Positions 1-13,998 of a stretch of DNA of 64,000 nucleotides are shown in pieces; position 1 is the first letter of the stretch, and each line of letters opens with the position of its first letter. Position numbers and translations under genes: made by a program. The notes beneath the pieces are model-generated. The model had not been told where the DNA came from. It made no database searches and saw only the letters and a list, made by a program, of their open reading frames with translations. The stretch comes from Malacoraja senta (taxonomy: Eukaryota): positions 1 through 64,000 of the forward strand of contig JAXLNO010000108.1 in assembly GCA_038087875.1 (NCBI GenBank), in the 5' to 3' direction.

Positions 1-173
1 GATTACAGATGGTGTCACTGATTGCACATGATTCTCAATCGCGGGACGGGTTGTTAGGTTACACGTGGCCCTGCGCTCTGGTGTGTCAATGAATGTTTCA
101 GGATCCTGGGATGTCGATAAAACAGAGCCTGGGACGACGAGGTGTGGACCATACTGAGACCCGGGCCGGAGAT

Positions 174-1035
174 TTGTGGATTACACAGGGTTTGTGTCGC
201 GGGTCGGCGGGTGTGGGTCACACAGAATCCTTAGACGGGCGGTGGGTGTGGATAACACAGTGTCCTGGGCGGGGTATGTGGATAACACAGTGTGGTGGGC
301 GGGGGGTGTTGAGAACACAGTGTCCTGGGCGGGGGATGTGGATTACACAGTGTCCTGGGCGGGGGATGTTGATAACACAGTGTCGTGGGCGGGGGATGTG
401 ACTAACACTGTGTCGTCGGCGGTGGATGTGGAATACACAGTGTCGTGGGCGGGCGGGGGATGTGGAATACCCAGTGTCGTGGGCGGGCGGGGGATGTGGA
501 ATACACAGTGTCGTGGGCGGGCGGTGGATGTGGATTACACAGTGTCGTGGGCGGGCGGTGGATGTGGAATACACAGTGTCGTGGGCGGGCGGGGGATGTG
601 GAATACCCAGTGTCGTGGGCGGGCGGGGGATGTGGAATACACAGTGTCGTCGGCGGGCGGTGGATGTGGATTACACAGTGTCGTGGGCGGGCGGGGGATG
701 TGGATTACACAGTGTCGTGGGCGGGCGGTGGATGTGGAATACACAGTGTCGTGGGCGGGCGGGGGATGTGGATTACACAGTGTCGTGGGCGGGCGGGGGA
801 TGTGGAATACACAGTGTAGTGGGCGGGCGGTGGATGTGGATTACAGAGTGTCGTGGGCGGGCGGGGGATGTGGATTACACAGTGTCGTGGGCGGGGGGTG
901 TGGATTACACAGTGTCGTGGGCAGGGGATGTGGATTACACAGTGTCCTGGGCGGGCGGAGGATGTGGGTTACACAGTGTCGTGGGCGGGGGATGTGGAAA
1001 ACACAGTGTCATGGACGGAGGATGTGGAATACACC
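174..1035. repeat. G-rich minisatellite, 30-34 bp unit (GTGGAWTACACAGTGTCGTGGGCGGGCGGGGGAT)
   Basis: About 27 head-to-tail units; 34-bp units in the centre and 30-bp units at the edges. It accounts for all repetitive ORFs at 93-1221. Confidence 0.95.
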
Positions 1036-1624
1036 CCAGCTCAGACAGAAGAGGGTCTTAACCAAGCCGGAAATAGAGCCTCAAACTCCTCTGTGAGATC
1101 CTTCCGCAGAAGCACTGGCACATTTGGTTCACTCCTGCCCCGTGAAGCCGAGATGCCTTGCCCCAAGCTCCCTTATAAGAATGCATCCTATTGTTCACTG
1201 CCCGCTCTAATATCAATGTAAAGTGTCAGATGTCCCTCCAAGCACTTTTAACACTCGTTTCATACTTTAATCTTTATTATTAAACAAAACCTTAGATTTC
1301 CGTGACTGCGAAGCTATGCGAGTGGAGGGAAAATACAAGATTGGAGGTAAATAGGAGCTGCTCCATGCTGCCGGCTTGTCGACACGGTCTTTGTCGTTCT
1401 GTGCAGTTATATGCTATTCTTCTTGACAGTTTCCCTTAGCCATCATCTGTCCAATATTCCACAATTTCCACCCTCAAGATATCAAATGATATGGCCTCCC
1501 CTATGCATAGTCATGTCTCAAACTAAAATTACCTCCGGATCGAATTCATCTCCATCTGCGCTGTCTCGGGTAAGCAGCCACCAGAATAAAGGACTATTTT
1601 CATTTCAGCAGTTCTCAAATTCAT

Positions 1625-2850
1625 AAATTATAGGACTAGAATTCGGCCATTCGGCCCATCGTGTCTATTCCGCCATTCAATCGTGGCTGATCTCTACCTC
1701 CTAATCCCATTTTCCTGCCTCCTCTCCGTAACTCTTGACACCCGTTCTAATCAAGAATTTGTCTATCTCTGCATTTAAAATATCCATTAACTTCTTTTCC
1801 ACACCCACTCTACCTATGCCTTTCTATGTTCTGTAAGTTTCAATGAGGTTCCCCAATCAACCTTCTAATCTCAGAGTACAGGCCCAGTGCTGTCAAACGC
1901 TCAACATATGCTAACCCCTCATTCCTGGAATCATTCTTGCAAACCTCCTCTGGACCCTCTCCAGAGCCAGGACATCCTTCCTCAGATATTCTGCACATAT
2001 TTTCTCACAGTACTCCAAATGCGGGCCTGACCAGGCCCTTATGGATGCTCAGCATTGCATATCTGTTTTGTATTCCAGTCCACTTGATGTAAATGAATTT
2101 GGCTTCCTTGCAAATGAACTTTTTGAGAGTCTCGCACCAGCACTGCCAAGTCCCTCTGCACCTCCGATTTCTAGATTCACTCTACATTTAGAAAGTAATC
2201 TACGCCTTTATTCTTATTACCCACATGTATGACTCCGCACTCAGCTGTACTGAATCTCATCTGCCCACTCTCCCAACCTGTCCAAGTCCTTCTGCGTACT
2301 TGCTTTCACTACACTGCCTGCCCCCCCCCCCCCCCACCAAGCTTAGCACCATCTGCAAAACTTGGCCACAAAGATTGCAATCCTCTTATTCATATCATTA
2401 ACATACAACGTGAAGAACAGCGGTCCCAGCAGCGACCCTTGCAGAACTCCACTAGTCACTGGCTGACAACCTGAAAATGCGCTTTTATTGCAACGCTTTC
2501 ACTTCTGCCATCCAGCCAACCCGCTATCCTTGCTTGCATCTTCCCTTCAATACCATGGGCTCTCATCTTCCCTACAAGCCTGACGTGCGCCCCTGACCGA
2601 AGGCCTTCTGAAAATCTATGTAATCTACATTTACAGCCTCCCCTCTATCTGACCTGCTATTAACTTCCTCAAAGAACTATAGCAGATTCGTCAGACAAGA
2701 TCTTCCCTTCACAAAACCATGCTGATTCGGCATCTTTCATCTTGAACTTCGAAGTAACCTTATCCTTTATAATTGACTCTAAAATCTTACCAATCACCGA
2801 AGTCAGGCTTACCGGCCTATAGTTTCCGCTCTTCTGCTGTGCTCCCTTTT
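1625..2850 (-). mobile_element. Degenerate CR1-type LINE fragment (3' part of ORF2 plus 3' UTR)
   Basis: Contains the CR1 3' motif ggccattcggccc...ccgccattcaatcgtggctgatc, followed by reverse-strand RT-region sequence similar to the full element at 39.6-44.1 kb. Confidence 0.8.
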
Positions 2851-3714
2851 CCCCCCATCAGAATGATCATCTATTGTTCTCCCACATTCATGTCCAACCT
2901 CCTCTTAAGGGCATCTACGCCATTCACTTCCGCATATTGATTATCCTGCTCACCACACATTTTCCTAGCCAAGCATGGCTCCCTATTTCTGTTTCTTATA
3001 TTTAAAACGCTCATCATCTACAGATCCTTCCATAGCTTCATATCAGCCCCTCAGTTTTATAGTCTCACCTCCGCTGAGATCAACTCTGCTCAGTTCTGAA
3101 TTACTTTCCGACCCCATCAATATGTACAGATTCGTAAGTTAATTGGCTTTGGTAAAACATTGATATTGCCCCTAGTGTGTAGGATAGTGCTAGTGTACAG
3201 GGATCGCTGGTCGGCAGGGACTCGGTGGGCCTGTTTGGTGACGCCTTTCCACCAACTCCACTTTGTACTTTGAAGTTCTCTCCCTAAACCATTCTGTTTT
3301 TTCACTCTCCTAATCAAGGTTTCCAAATACTTTCCACCCAACCAAGCTTCCACTCAACTCAACAAACCCCTTTCTGATACTTAGCATCATTCCCCCATTT
3401 ACATCCATCCATTGTTAATATCCATAATTATTTTTTAATCCAGTGGTGCTGCATGAATGCACTTTGTAGTTGGAGGCCAGTAAATCTTCAGTGAGTGGCA
3501 GGAAAGTTGTTGGCGAAGATTCTAAGGGACAGGTTGTATGGAAATCCAGGGAATAATTAGGAAGGGTCAGCAACATGTCTGACAAATCTTGCTAAGGACA
3601 TAACTAAGAACATTGTTGAAGGCAGAGTAGGAGACATAATTTACATGGACGATGGTGGCCTTTTCACAAGGTCCTGCCTGGTAGGCTGGTCTAGACCATT
3701 AATGCACAAGGGAT

Positions 3715-3970
3715 TTAGTTTAGTTTAGAGATCCAGTGCGGAAAGAGACCCACTGAGTCCTTGCCGACCAGCGATACATGTACACTAGCACTATCCTACA
3801 CACTTGGTGTGATATAAATGTTTTACCAAAGTCAATTCACCTACGAATCTGTACATATTTGGAGTTTGCACCCGGGGGAAGCGTCCAAACCCCGAACAGA
3901 TAGCACCCGCGTCAGGATTGAACCCAGGTCCATGGCGCTGGAAGACAGCAATTCTTCCGCTGCGCCATGC
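3715..3970 (-). mobile_element. tRNA-derived SINE (HE1/V-SINE-like)
   Basis: Reverse strand has a B-box-like gacctgggttcaatcc, a central domain and an (actaa)n-type tail; similar copies at 17880, 25640 and 34485. Confidence 0.7.
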
Positions 3971-4349
3971 GATTTGAGGAATGTTGGCAAACATTGGCTG
4001 AATGATTGGACCTAGGAGTACTAGTACACCATTCCCCGAAATTGACGTCACGGATAGACAGGGTGGTGAAGAAGACATTTGGCAAGCTGGTCATTGTTAC
4101 GCAGAGTTTTGTGTGCAAGATTCGGTACATTATCTTTCAGTTTGCGGCCTTATTCAGACTGATATTGGCCTGAAGAAGGGTCCTGACCCAAACATCGCTT
4201 GTTCTTTTCCATCTGCAGATGCTGCTTGACCCACGGATTTCCTCCAGCTAATTGTGACTCGCACAAGATTCCAGCATCTGCAATATCTTGGGTCTGCAAT
4301 CAATTTAATCGTGTCTTTCATGTGCATTCTATGATAATCTAAATCACTT

Positions 4350-4795
4350 TAGAAACATAGAAACATAGAAATAGGTGCAGGAGTAGGCCATTCGGCACTT
4401 CGAGCCAGCACCGCCATTCATTGTGATCATGGCTGATCGTCCCCAATCAATAACCCGTGCCTGCCTTCTCACCATATCGCTTGACTCCACTAGCCCCTAG
4501 AGCTCTATCTAACTCTCTCTTAAATCCATCCAGTGATTTGGCCTCCACTGCCCTCTGTGGCAGGGAATTCCATAAATTCACAACTCTATGGGTGAAAAGT
4601 TTTTTCTCACCTCAGTCTTAAATGACCCCTTTATTCTAAGACTGTGGCCCCTGGTTCTGGACTCGCCCAACACTGGGAACATTTTTTCTGCATCTAGCTT
4701 GTCCAGTCCTTTTATAATTGTATATGTTTCTATAAGATCCCCCCTCATCTATCTAAACTGCAGTGAATACAAGCGTAGCCTTTGCAATCTTTCCT
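4350..4795 (-). mobile_element. CR1 3' fragment with (TTCTATGT)n tail
   Basis: agaaacatagaaacatagaaataggtgcagg tail followed by the reverse-strand ORF2 C-terminus. Confidence 0.9.
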
Positions 4796-6269
4796 CAGCC
4801 CCCTTTGAGCGAATGAATTCCTCTTTGAATCATAATATGACCGTTTATACTCTTTTTGTGTCTGGGTCAATTTTTTTGCTTATGCTCGTCATATTTATTA
4901 GTGTTGGAGCTCCAGCGTGAACCTAAGATGTTGATACTGCAATTAAATTACCCTCCTCAAAAGAATTGGTGTGGTAAGTTCAAGCGCATGGGAAATAAGA
5001 AGGACGGCTTATTATTACACTCTGAGGGCCTCCTACATCATGGGAGGGGTGACTTGATTTGTTCACTTATCACCCTGTACAATGTACCAGCTTCAACCGA
5101 GGCAGTCACAACTCATCACAGCATAGGATGTGCAGAAATAAATAAAAATCAACATCATCTTGGGACATAATGTTCACATTTTGTTCCGAATATTTGCAGT
5201 CAGTGAATGATTCTTATTGCAGGCATCTCCGACAGCCTAAACTTTCAAAATAGCAAACCCAATTGTTTTATTTGCTAGGGATTTATCTCTAGTAGATATC
5301 AACATTTCACAAGGGGGATAAGATTCAGATTAAGGACATTTCCCAGGATTTAGCAGTTGATTACTTCCGTGTATTATCAAGACGACGTTAATCCTGGTAT
5401 TACTGCATATGTCTAGTGCAAAGTGAGTTTAGTGATGAGCAGCAATGAGTAATAGGCGATTGGTGATTGTTTCTACAATCCACATGGTATTTAATATTCT
5501 CTAGATCTAGGATCCAGCAGAACTCTTTGTGAGTCAAATGTTGAAACAAGGAACTATAGATGCTGGTTTACAAAATAAGACACAAAGTGCTGGAGTAACA
5601 CACTTTCCTAGGGACCTTGATCAAAATTACTGACTGTTCAACCCATTCTATGGTTGGCTGGATCCTCCACCAGCCATCTCAAAGCGAGGATCACTTGATG
5701 AATGAGATCATGTCCAATGCACGGATACTGATTATACACCCCACTAAAATGCGTTGACAGCGCACTATGTCACAACCGGAATGAACTGACAAATAGTTTA
5801 ATTATTTGTTAATGGTTCATCCCACATTGTACAGGGGACACCAGCTACCACGTGGTTTTGGGAGATTAATTGGCAGAGGAAATTGCCCCTTGTGTAGGTG
5901 AGTGGTAGAATCTGGGAGCTGCTAAGAAAGTTGGGAAAGGTGAAGTGTTTCAGTGTAGGGTTAGGGTAAATGGCCAGCATAGACTCACTGGGCCAAAGGA
6001 CCCGGTTCTACACTGTTTGACTCCAGGAACTCTATGACTCCGTGTAAAAGTCAAACAAAACTGTAACATCTGTGGATATGGTATGGGTTTGGACCATAAA
6101 ACACATATATTTCTTTTGCCATTTGTACATTTGTAGATTGATTTTGTAGTCAGATCAATGCTAAGTGTGAAACCGGATGATAAGAGTTCTAATGCCAGTA
6201 CTATCCTTGTAACCCTTGAACTACCTTTAGTTGAGCCACCTTGGTGATTGCCTTGGAGATAGTCACTAG

Positions 6270-7135
6270 GGACGCCGCATTGAAGGCAGCCTCTGCCTAC
6301 AGTCCGTTTGTTTTTAAATCTTTTTTTTTTTAATTTAAATTTGTTTTGGGGAATCTTTAACTTTTCTATGTGGGGGAGGGTGGTAGGGTAAGGGGGGAAA
6401 TGTTTCCCAATCGCTTCCTGACGGGGACGCGACTATTCTCCGAGTCGCGTCCTCGCCCCCCTCCTCGCGGCCTGCCACCTGGATTGGCGCGGCCTTTCCC
6501 GCCTGGGACCGGATCACAGCTTCAACAGCGGCGGCGCATCGCTGGAGTCACCGCGGAGCGGGCGATGCCTACCTGGATCGCCGTTTGGAGCTCCGGAGCG
6601 TTGGGCCGCTGCTCCAACATCGTAGATCTGCGGTTTGGTAGAGCTTCCAGCTCGGGCGGCGCTGAACAACATCGCGGAGTCCTGAGGCCCTTTGCCGAGG
6701 GCCGCCAGCGTTGCATCTCCGCCCAGCGCGGCCTGCGGACTTCGGGAGCCGCGGACTCCGGTAGGAGGTGCCCGACACGGATGTTCAAGCCGCTGAGGAG
6801 TTCCTCCAGTCCCGTCGTCGGACTCCCATCACCCCGGCGTGCGGGCCTGAACATCGGGCCGCCCGGAGAGGCGAGAGTGGGGGGTTCGGGAGCCCCCCCC
6901 ACCCCGACCACGGGAGGACAACAGAGGAGGACGACTGAATTTTTGAAGCCTTCCCTCACAGTGGGAATTTGATCCCGCTGTGTGTGGATGTATGTGTTAA
7001 AAAACTATCGTGTCCTGTGCTCTTTATTATTTATTTATATGCCTGTATGGCGACCACACATTTCACTGTACCAATTGGTACATGTGACAAATAAATGTAT
7101 CTTGCATCTTGTATGAATGTATCTTGTATCTTGTA
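6270..7135 (+). mobile_element. GC-rich non-autonomous retroelement (SINE-like) with Rex1-like 3' tail
   Basis: Shares its 5' block (cagtccgt.tgttttt...tgtggggg...cggggacgcgact) and 3' block (gccttcc.tcacagtg...gacaaataaa plus short repeats) with elements at ~10.1 kb and ~26.25 kb. Confidence 0.6.
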
Positions 7136-8119
7136 TTATTATAGTGTCTGTATTGATTGAAGTTGGAAACATTTGTTTTGGCTCACAGAGAAAATTAACG
7201 CTGCCTTTCCCAGTTGTGATGATTGGATAATGTATTGGTAGAGTGTGATGATTCGTGTTAGGGTTTGTAACAATGCTGAGGGTAAGTTGGTGTAAGAGAA
7301 GGAGACATACAATGGGAACTCAGTGCCACGTGGTTAATATGACACATAAACTAAGGAACATATATGTTAGGACCAGGAGTAGAACACACAGCCCACAAAG
7401 CCTGCTGCACATTCAATCAGATCAAACTTTCATCCAATCTCATTGTAACCTCAGATGTATTTCTTGATACGTTCCCTTCCTTGTATTTGGTAACGTATCA
7501 GCCCCTTGCTTATCAAGTATTTTATTTTTTGATTTAACAATATTCAAAGACTGCTTTCTTTGTCCTTTGAGGAAGGGATACACAGCCTGCAGAGAGAGAA
7601 AACATATCAGGTTATCTGTGTTAAATGGGCAAGTCCTACTTTTAGGCTTCTAGATTATTCCACAAGAGCAATCATCATCTCCACAACCAACCTGTCCAGA
7701 CTACACAGGGTTTTATATGTTTAACTCAAGTCCACACTCACTCTTTGACATTCCAGCAGAAGCAAGCCTAGCCCATACAACCCTTCTTTATCAGACAACA
7801 AATCTATTCCGTTGCAGTGGTAGAGCTAGGCAAGTACACTCTCATCTCCCGAATCTTCTCTGAACTTCTTCCAATATATTAACATCTGGTAATACCATAC
7901 AGTATTGGTCTACAGCAATACTGACCAATATTGTACACAGATGTTGTCTGACCAATATCCCATATAAATAAATCATAACCTCCCTACTTTTGTATTTAAT
8001 TCCACGGCGGTTAATGATGACATTTTGCTAGCTTTCATAATTACTTGATGTACCTGAATATTAGAATGGAAGTGTCTTGAGTGTAGTGAGTATTACAGTC
8101 GAGGAAGTGCTCAAGATTT

Positions 8120-8440
8120 TTTTTGCCTAGAGTAGGGAAATCTAGGACCAAGGGACATGGATTTAATGTGAGGGGGGGTGGAAGATTTAATCGGAACCTG
8201 AGGGGTAACATTTTTACACAAAGGCTGGTCGGTGTACGGAATAAACTGCCACAGGAGGTAGTTGAGGCAGGTACAATCACAATGTTTAAGAAACATTTGT
8301 ATAGGTACATGGATAGGACAAGTTTAGAGGGATACGGTCCAAACTCGGGCAGGTGGGACATGTGTAGATAGGGCATGTTGGCCAGCGGGGGCAAGTTGGC
8401 CAAAGAGCCAGAATCCATGGCTCCAGGACTCTAGGACTCA
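8120..8440 (+). mobile_element. CR1 3' fragment
   Basis: ORF 8123-8371 reads SRTKGH...FTQRLVGVRNKLP...FKKHLYRYM, the CR1 ORF2 C-terminus; gactctag-type tail. Confidence 0.85.
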
Positions 8441-10099
8441 TCTTTTGCACAAAATGTTAGTAGTAAATTAGATTGTTGGTGGGTTGAGCCACAAGAAAAT
8501 TGAATGCATCTCATCTTGTCATTTCACTCCAAATCATTAAACAATTTCCTGTTCTGTAATCACATTCTCAGTATCAAGTGCCTGTTGTTGACGTTTAAGT
8601 CCTCTCCTCCCCAGGATGAATTTCAATCTTCCCTGAAACACGGTTCCAGGCTCCTTAAAAACAAAAGACCTGAGGAACCTTGCAGGTCAGGCAGTATCTA
8701 CAAAGGGAATGGGCAGATGATATTTCGGGTCAGGACACTTCTTCAAGCTTTACATTTCATTCCTCCTCTTCTGTCCTTATCTGACACTGTTTTCTTTCCT
8801 TTTCACCTCTAACCTTTGTTACTCATTCCACCCACCTGCCTATCAAATCTACCCCCCTCACCTGCATCAAATCATTTGCCAGGCTTTGTCCCAATCCCAT
8901 CTCCATTTTCCAGCTCTTTATCCCTACTCTACCAGTCTGCAGAAGGGTCTTGGGCCAACATGTCATCCGTCCATTCCTTCCACAAATGTTGCCTGACTCG
9001 TTGATATCCTCCAGCCTTTTGCTTTTTTGCTCAAGATTCCAGCATCTGAAGTTTCTTGTGTGTCCATGGTCCCTTGGTGGCTCTCCTAATGGTTGAATCT
9101 TCTTGACAAACATGTCCAAATTTAGCTCAATGGCTGGGTTTGAAGCAGCTAAAATGCACCATCTGCGTGAGATGTTTAGGTTGTCTTTAACTGACATTAG
9201 CTACTCAATTTATTGGGTTCCCTGTTGCTGTGTCTACGCATTTATGTATTTTTGACATAGAAATATGTCGTTTAGCCTGTCATGGGCATGTCTGAAGTGG
9301 TCAATCCCGTTGTTCCATTGCCCTTCTCAATTCACTGCAGCTTATTATCTCACAGATGCCCAACAATCTCCCTTTGATTCTTTTACCGCCTATCTTTATT
9401 CTCAGAGTCACCACAGTTACAAATTAACCTAACTGTACATCCTTGGGAAAGTGAGAGGAAATCAATGTGGTCACAGGGAAAGATACAAACATCGCAAAAA
9501 GAGCACTGGAGATCAGCATTGAACCCAGCGCACTAACTGCTGCTCCCCCCGGGGCACCCCCTGCGGTAAAGTGATGAACAGCATCATAATTCTGGTTGCG
9601 TTTCGCCATCATGATGGTTGCTTAAATTTACCGTTGTCGGCACAGCAGTGAGTTGGTGCGGACAACATGTGTAGGAGGCAACTGCAGATGACTACACATT
9701 TTGTCTGCTCCACCGCAGTTCTGAAGAAGGGTCTCGACCCAAAACGTCACCTACAGTATATGTCTTTTCTCCACAAATGCTGTCTGATCCACTCAGTTAC
9801 ACCAGCTTTTCCATGTCTATCTTCAGTGAGTTGGAGCAGATTGGCTGCTTCCAGCGCTATCCAATTTAGCTTCCAGTGTGTGTCTACTTGTTCCTATTGC
9901 CTGAGAATTATCGCCCAGGATATTAAGATTCAAAGGAGATTGATCAAAATAGTCATTAACCTGACAAGTTCTCTTTTCACACATGCTTCCTGACCCACTG
10001 AATGATTCCAGAATTTGTTTATTTCATTGGAGAATTTCACGTTTTTCTTTTCCTTTTTCTTGTTCTCTATGAATCACATATTTTTTGTCTTGTTAAATG

Positions 10100-10996
10100 T
10101 ATGTCTTGAGCTTAGTTTTTATTATTTTTTAGCTGTGTATATGTGGGGGGTGGAGGGGGGGTGGGGGAAACCGTTAGTCTCTTCCCTGTGCGGGGACCTG
10201 ACTTTTTCCCTGTCGGGTCTCCGGTGTCGTTGGGCCTAACATTGTGGAGCCGGCGGCTGCCTCCGGTCGGGACAAACCTGATGGCTCCAGTCACGGAGCC
10301 TGCGGACCTGACATCGCGGAGCTGGTCGTCTTCGGAGCGGGAAGAGCTGTGGTGGCGCTCGGCTGCGACCCGACTTTGGAGCTTCGGAAGCTCCGGCTGC
10401 AGGCCCGGTGTACAGGAACATCGGGAGTTCCAGATCCCTGATGGGAGACGGCGTTCAGAGCTCCCGCAATGGCAACTTCTCCCGCTGGACGCGCGGGGTT
10501 GAAAGGACACGGAGCGAGGCCTAACATCGCCCGGTGCGGGTTAGCGGCCACGGGACTTACCGTCGCCCGCCGTGGGCTCTAACATCGGAGCCCCAGTTCG
10601 CCTAGACGCTGCAGGTGGACTGCTGGACCGCGGGTTGGACTGCTTGAACCGCGGGGTTTAAAGGACACGGAGCCGGGGCTAACATCACCCGGCGTGGCTA
10701 AATGGCCACAGGACTTACCATCGCCCGCCGGGGGCTTTAACATCGGAGCCCCAGTTCGCCTCGACGCTGCAGTTGGACTGCTGGACCGCTGGAGAAGAAC
10801 AAAGGGAAGAGATAAGACTTTGCCTTCCATCACAGTGAGTAGGTGTTGGAGATTCACTGTGATGGATGTTTATGTAAACTGTGTTAAGTGTGGGTCTTGG
10901 GTTTTTTTGTAATGTAAAAAAATGTAGTAAATTATATTTCGTTCAAACCTAGGTTAGAATGACAATAAATAGCATTCCAATTCCAATTCCAATTCC
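10100..10996 (+). mobile_element. GC-rich non-autonomous retroelement with internal ~158-bp tandem duplication and (TTCCAA)n tail
   Basis: Same family as the 6270 element; aaggacacgg... unit at 10503 and 10661; ends atttcgttc...gaatgacaataaa...(ttccaa)n. Confidence 0.65.
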
Positions 10997-12579
10997 CCAG
11001 GAGATGAAATTAATCAGGAAGAGGTAACAATGGTTTCGTACTTGAAAAGCAAAACCCTTCAGGTTCTGGAAATACTGAGCAGTCCAGGCAAGGTTTTTGA
11101 CCTGAAACATTATCTCTGCTGGAGTGACTCAGCGGATCAGGCAGCATCTCTGGAGAGAAGGAATGGGGGACATTTCGAATCGAGATCCTTCACCGATTCG
11201 TCACCCATTCCTTCTCGCCAGAGATGCTGCCTGACCCGCTGAGTCACTCAAGCATGTTGTGTCTATCTTCAGTGTAAACCGGCATCTGCAGTTCCTTCCT
11301 ACACAATATTCATACTGCTGGGTTATAAGCTGCCCAATCGAAATATGAGGTATATTGCCTCACTCTCACAATGGAGGAGGCCCAGGAACGAAAGGTCAGC
11401 GTGGGAATGGGAAAGGGAGTTAGAGTGTTTGTCAACTGGGAAACACATTTGATGTTCTTTCCGGTATATTTACGTGATTAATTGTATTCTGAACCAATAT
11501 TGCTACCCATCATCCTACTTCCTGTCTTAACACCCTACAACCTGTAAGATTCAACGGCTAGTCCTGGCCACCTGTAACGGGATTTCAGTCATGGGCACCC
11601 TGGCATTTTCCCACTGGTTATCCATGCCTTTATTCCGCAGACTTCCTACATTAAATGGGTATTGGGGTCATCTTTCCACCAGCAAACACATTTCTAGTGT
11701 CAGATTGCAAGATCTCACACAACAAGGTTTAGCGCGGGAGATGAGTGATAAAATTCACACCTTAATGTTAACTTAAAACAAACGTCTTTGAGAGGACTGA
11801 AATGTTGCGGTATTTGCAGCAGAATACCCGGTAGTTAGGCAATGTGTCTTTGTAACTTCTATCTGTAATGTATGCCTTTACTGTAATAAGAAAATAAAAT
11901 ACTGGAGTAACTCAGTTGGACTAGCAGCATCTCTGGAGAGAAGGGATATTGAACATTGATTTCTATAACTTCAAATAGCCCTTGCATCCCCTCATTCTCC
12001 GTCCCTCCCACACACTAGTCATTGTACTGGGACACTGTTGTCCTGGTGAGTTTAATCGGCTGCATAATTCGTTTTCACCTGGCCCACAGCTAACAATGGC
12101 CCGTTTCATTTATCATTGCTACTTTTTTGCATATCTTTCATACATTGTTTTATAGCTCTCTATATGGTGATAGGTATCTCTCATTTCCGTTTTCCCTGGC
12201 TAGCGTTGTTCAGAAGGGTCTCGACCCGAAACATCGCCTATTCCTTTTCTCCTGAGATGCTGTCTGACCCGCTGAGTTACTCCAGCTTTTTGTGTCTATC
12301 CGGTTTAATCCAGCTTCTGAAGTTTCTACCTACACATCAAATGAGTCCGTCAGAGATTGAACTGACGAGTGATAATAGGGTCATCGCATTGATGGGAATG
12401 GACTTTAAACAGCCTGCAGCCAGAAGGAAATATAGCAGCAAATCTGGAGGGAAATTTGTCAGCTGTAGAAAAATGACAAAGCAGTCATAGTTGTGCACTT
12501 TGACTAACTGGGACAATGTGAAACCCACTGACAAGGAAGGCAGGAAGTGTCAAATTTCCTTACCTTAAATAGTCACATG

Positions 12580-12998
12580 TCAAGTCAAGTCACATTTATT
12601 TATATAGCACATTTAAAAAACAACTCTCATTGGCCAAAGTGCTTTACATTTGTTATAAGAATAGCACAACAAAACAAACTACATACATATATACATGTAG
12701 CCCTCATTCCGAGGACGTCAGGAAAGGCTTCGGAGTATAGATAAGACTTTAGTCTTGATTTAAAAGAGTCGATGGAGGGGGCAGTTCTGATGGGAAGGGG
12801 GTTGCTGTTCCACAATCTAGGGGCTGCAACCGCAAAGGCGCCGTCGCCCCTGAGCTTATGCCTAGACCGTGGGATATTCAGCAACCCCAAGTCGGCCGAT
12901 CTGAGGGGCCTGGAGGTTGAGTGCTGGGTGAGAAGACTTTTTATGTAGGTGGGGGCAAGCCCATTGAGGGCTTTGTAGACATGGAGGAGGATCTTGAA
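12580..12998 (-). mobile_element. L2-clade LINE 3' fragment
   Basis: ORF reads FKILLHVYKALNGLAPTY...AFAVAAPRLWNS...FKSRLK; (CTTGA)n tail; same family as 48174-51294. Confidence 0.9.
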
Positions 12999-13998
12999 TT
13001 TTACTTCGGAGTCACGTGAGTGACTACGTGAAGAAGACCCCGTCCAGCCGCACACGCGTCATATCGATCAGACGCATAGCGTTCATGACCGTGTGTGGAG
13101 GAGCAGGAGCTCCTCCGACCGGTGAGTAAAGCAAAAGTAAAGCAAAAGTCGTAAGGCAAGTGGGTTACTTTCACTTACAGGAGCGTTTCCTTCCCGTTCA
13201 GACTTGTTGGTGGAGCTCCGCACAAGTTTATTATGGAGAAAGGGGAAGGAGAGGCGGCCAGGGACGCACCGTAGTAAAACCCCAGATCCTAAGGGTAGCG
13301 GGCGTCAGTCAGGGCAGCGAAGCCATTAGCTCCCGTTGCGGTCGAGTGTGCCGTTAAACCCCCGGCGGTGGGGCGCAAGGCTGGACAAAAGTCGGCCCGA
13401 CCTGTAGACTCGGATGAGTCAGACCCGGAGGTATACCCTCCTCAGGCAGGAAAGAATATTGCACTGCAAGGGTCAAAACTTTAGAACTCATGATGGGGAA
13501 GATGATTTATAAAGAACCCCCACAGGAGGATTTAAGTCGGTGTTGACCAATGGAGGATATAGCACAGGGGGTGCCTTGGATGGGACAGTCACAAGGGTGG
13601 CCTACAGGAGAGCCAGTACCCAAAACTGCCAGAAAAAAGGCAATATATGCGTTGGCCTATTGGAGAGCCAGTACTAGAAATGCCTGAACAAAAGGCAGCA
13701 CAAACGTGCAATGACAAATGTGCCAGCACCGACAATATAAAGAGAAAAAATAATGAGTGTTGGCCTAGAATTGAGCCAGCGCCAGCAGCACCTGAAACAG
13801 GGCTGTCTATCAGTGGGCCTACAAGAGAGCCCGCGCAGGGGGAATCTGGCAGAGACTTACCTGAAACAGGGGAGCCAGAAATTACACAACATTAAGATGA
13901 ATATCTAGATTCAGATGATGATTTATATGAGGACCAGAGCCCATTGCCAGATATTCTCTAATCATGTGGCCGCCGAGGTTGATTAAGGAGGAAGCTAC
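12999..13998 (+). mobile_element. Possible 5' end of a DIRS-like or other unclassified retroelement (degenerate)
   Basis: Begins with hairpin cttcggagtcac-gtga-gtgactacgtgaag at the L2 truncation point, followed by purine-rich disrupted coding-like sequence. The class assignment is recollection only. Confidence 0.35.

Noticed and set aside
174..1035. CRISPR-like array, or repetitive proteins from ORFs at 93-1221
   Set aside because: Units are contiguous with no unique spacers, there are no cas genes and the context is eukaryotic. The ORFs are by-products of a stop-poor minisatellite.
6370..6972. 200-aa Arg/Gly/Pro-rich ORF, and similar ORFs at 10112-10912 and 26434-27457
   Set aside because: They lie in GC-rich repeats with open frames on both strands, are not conserved between copies and show no domain motifs.
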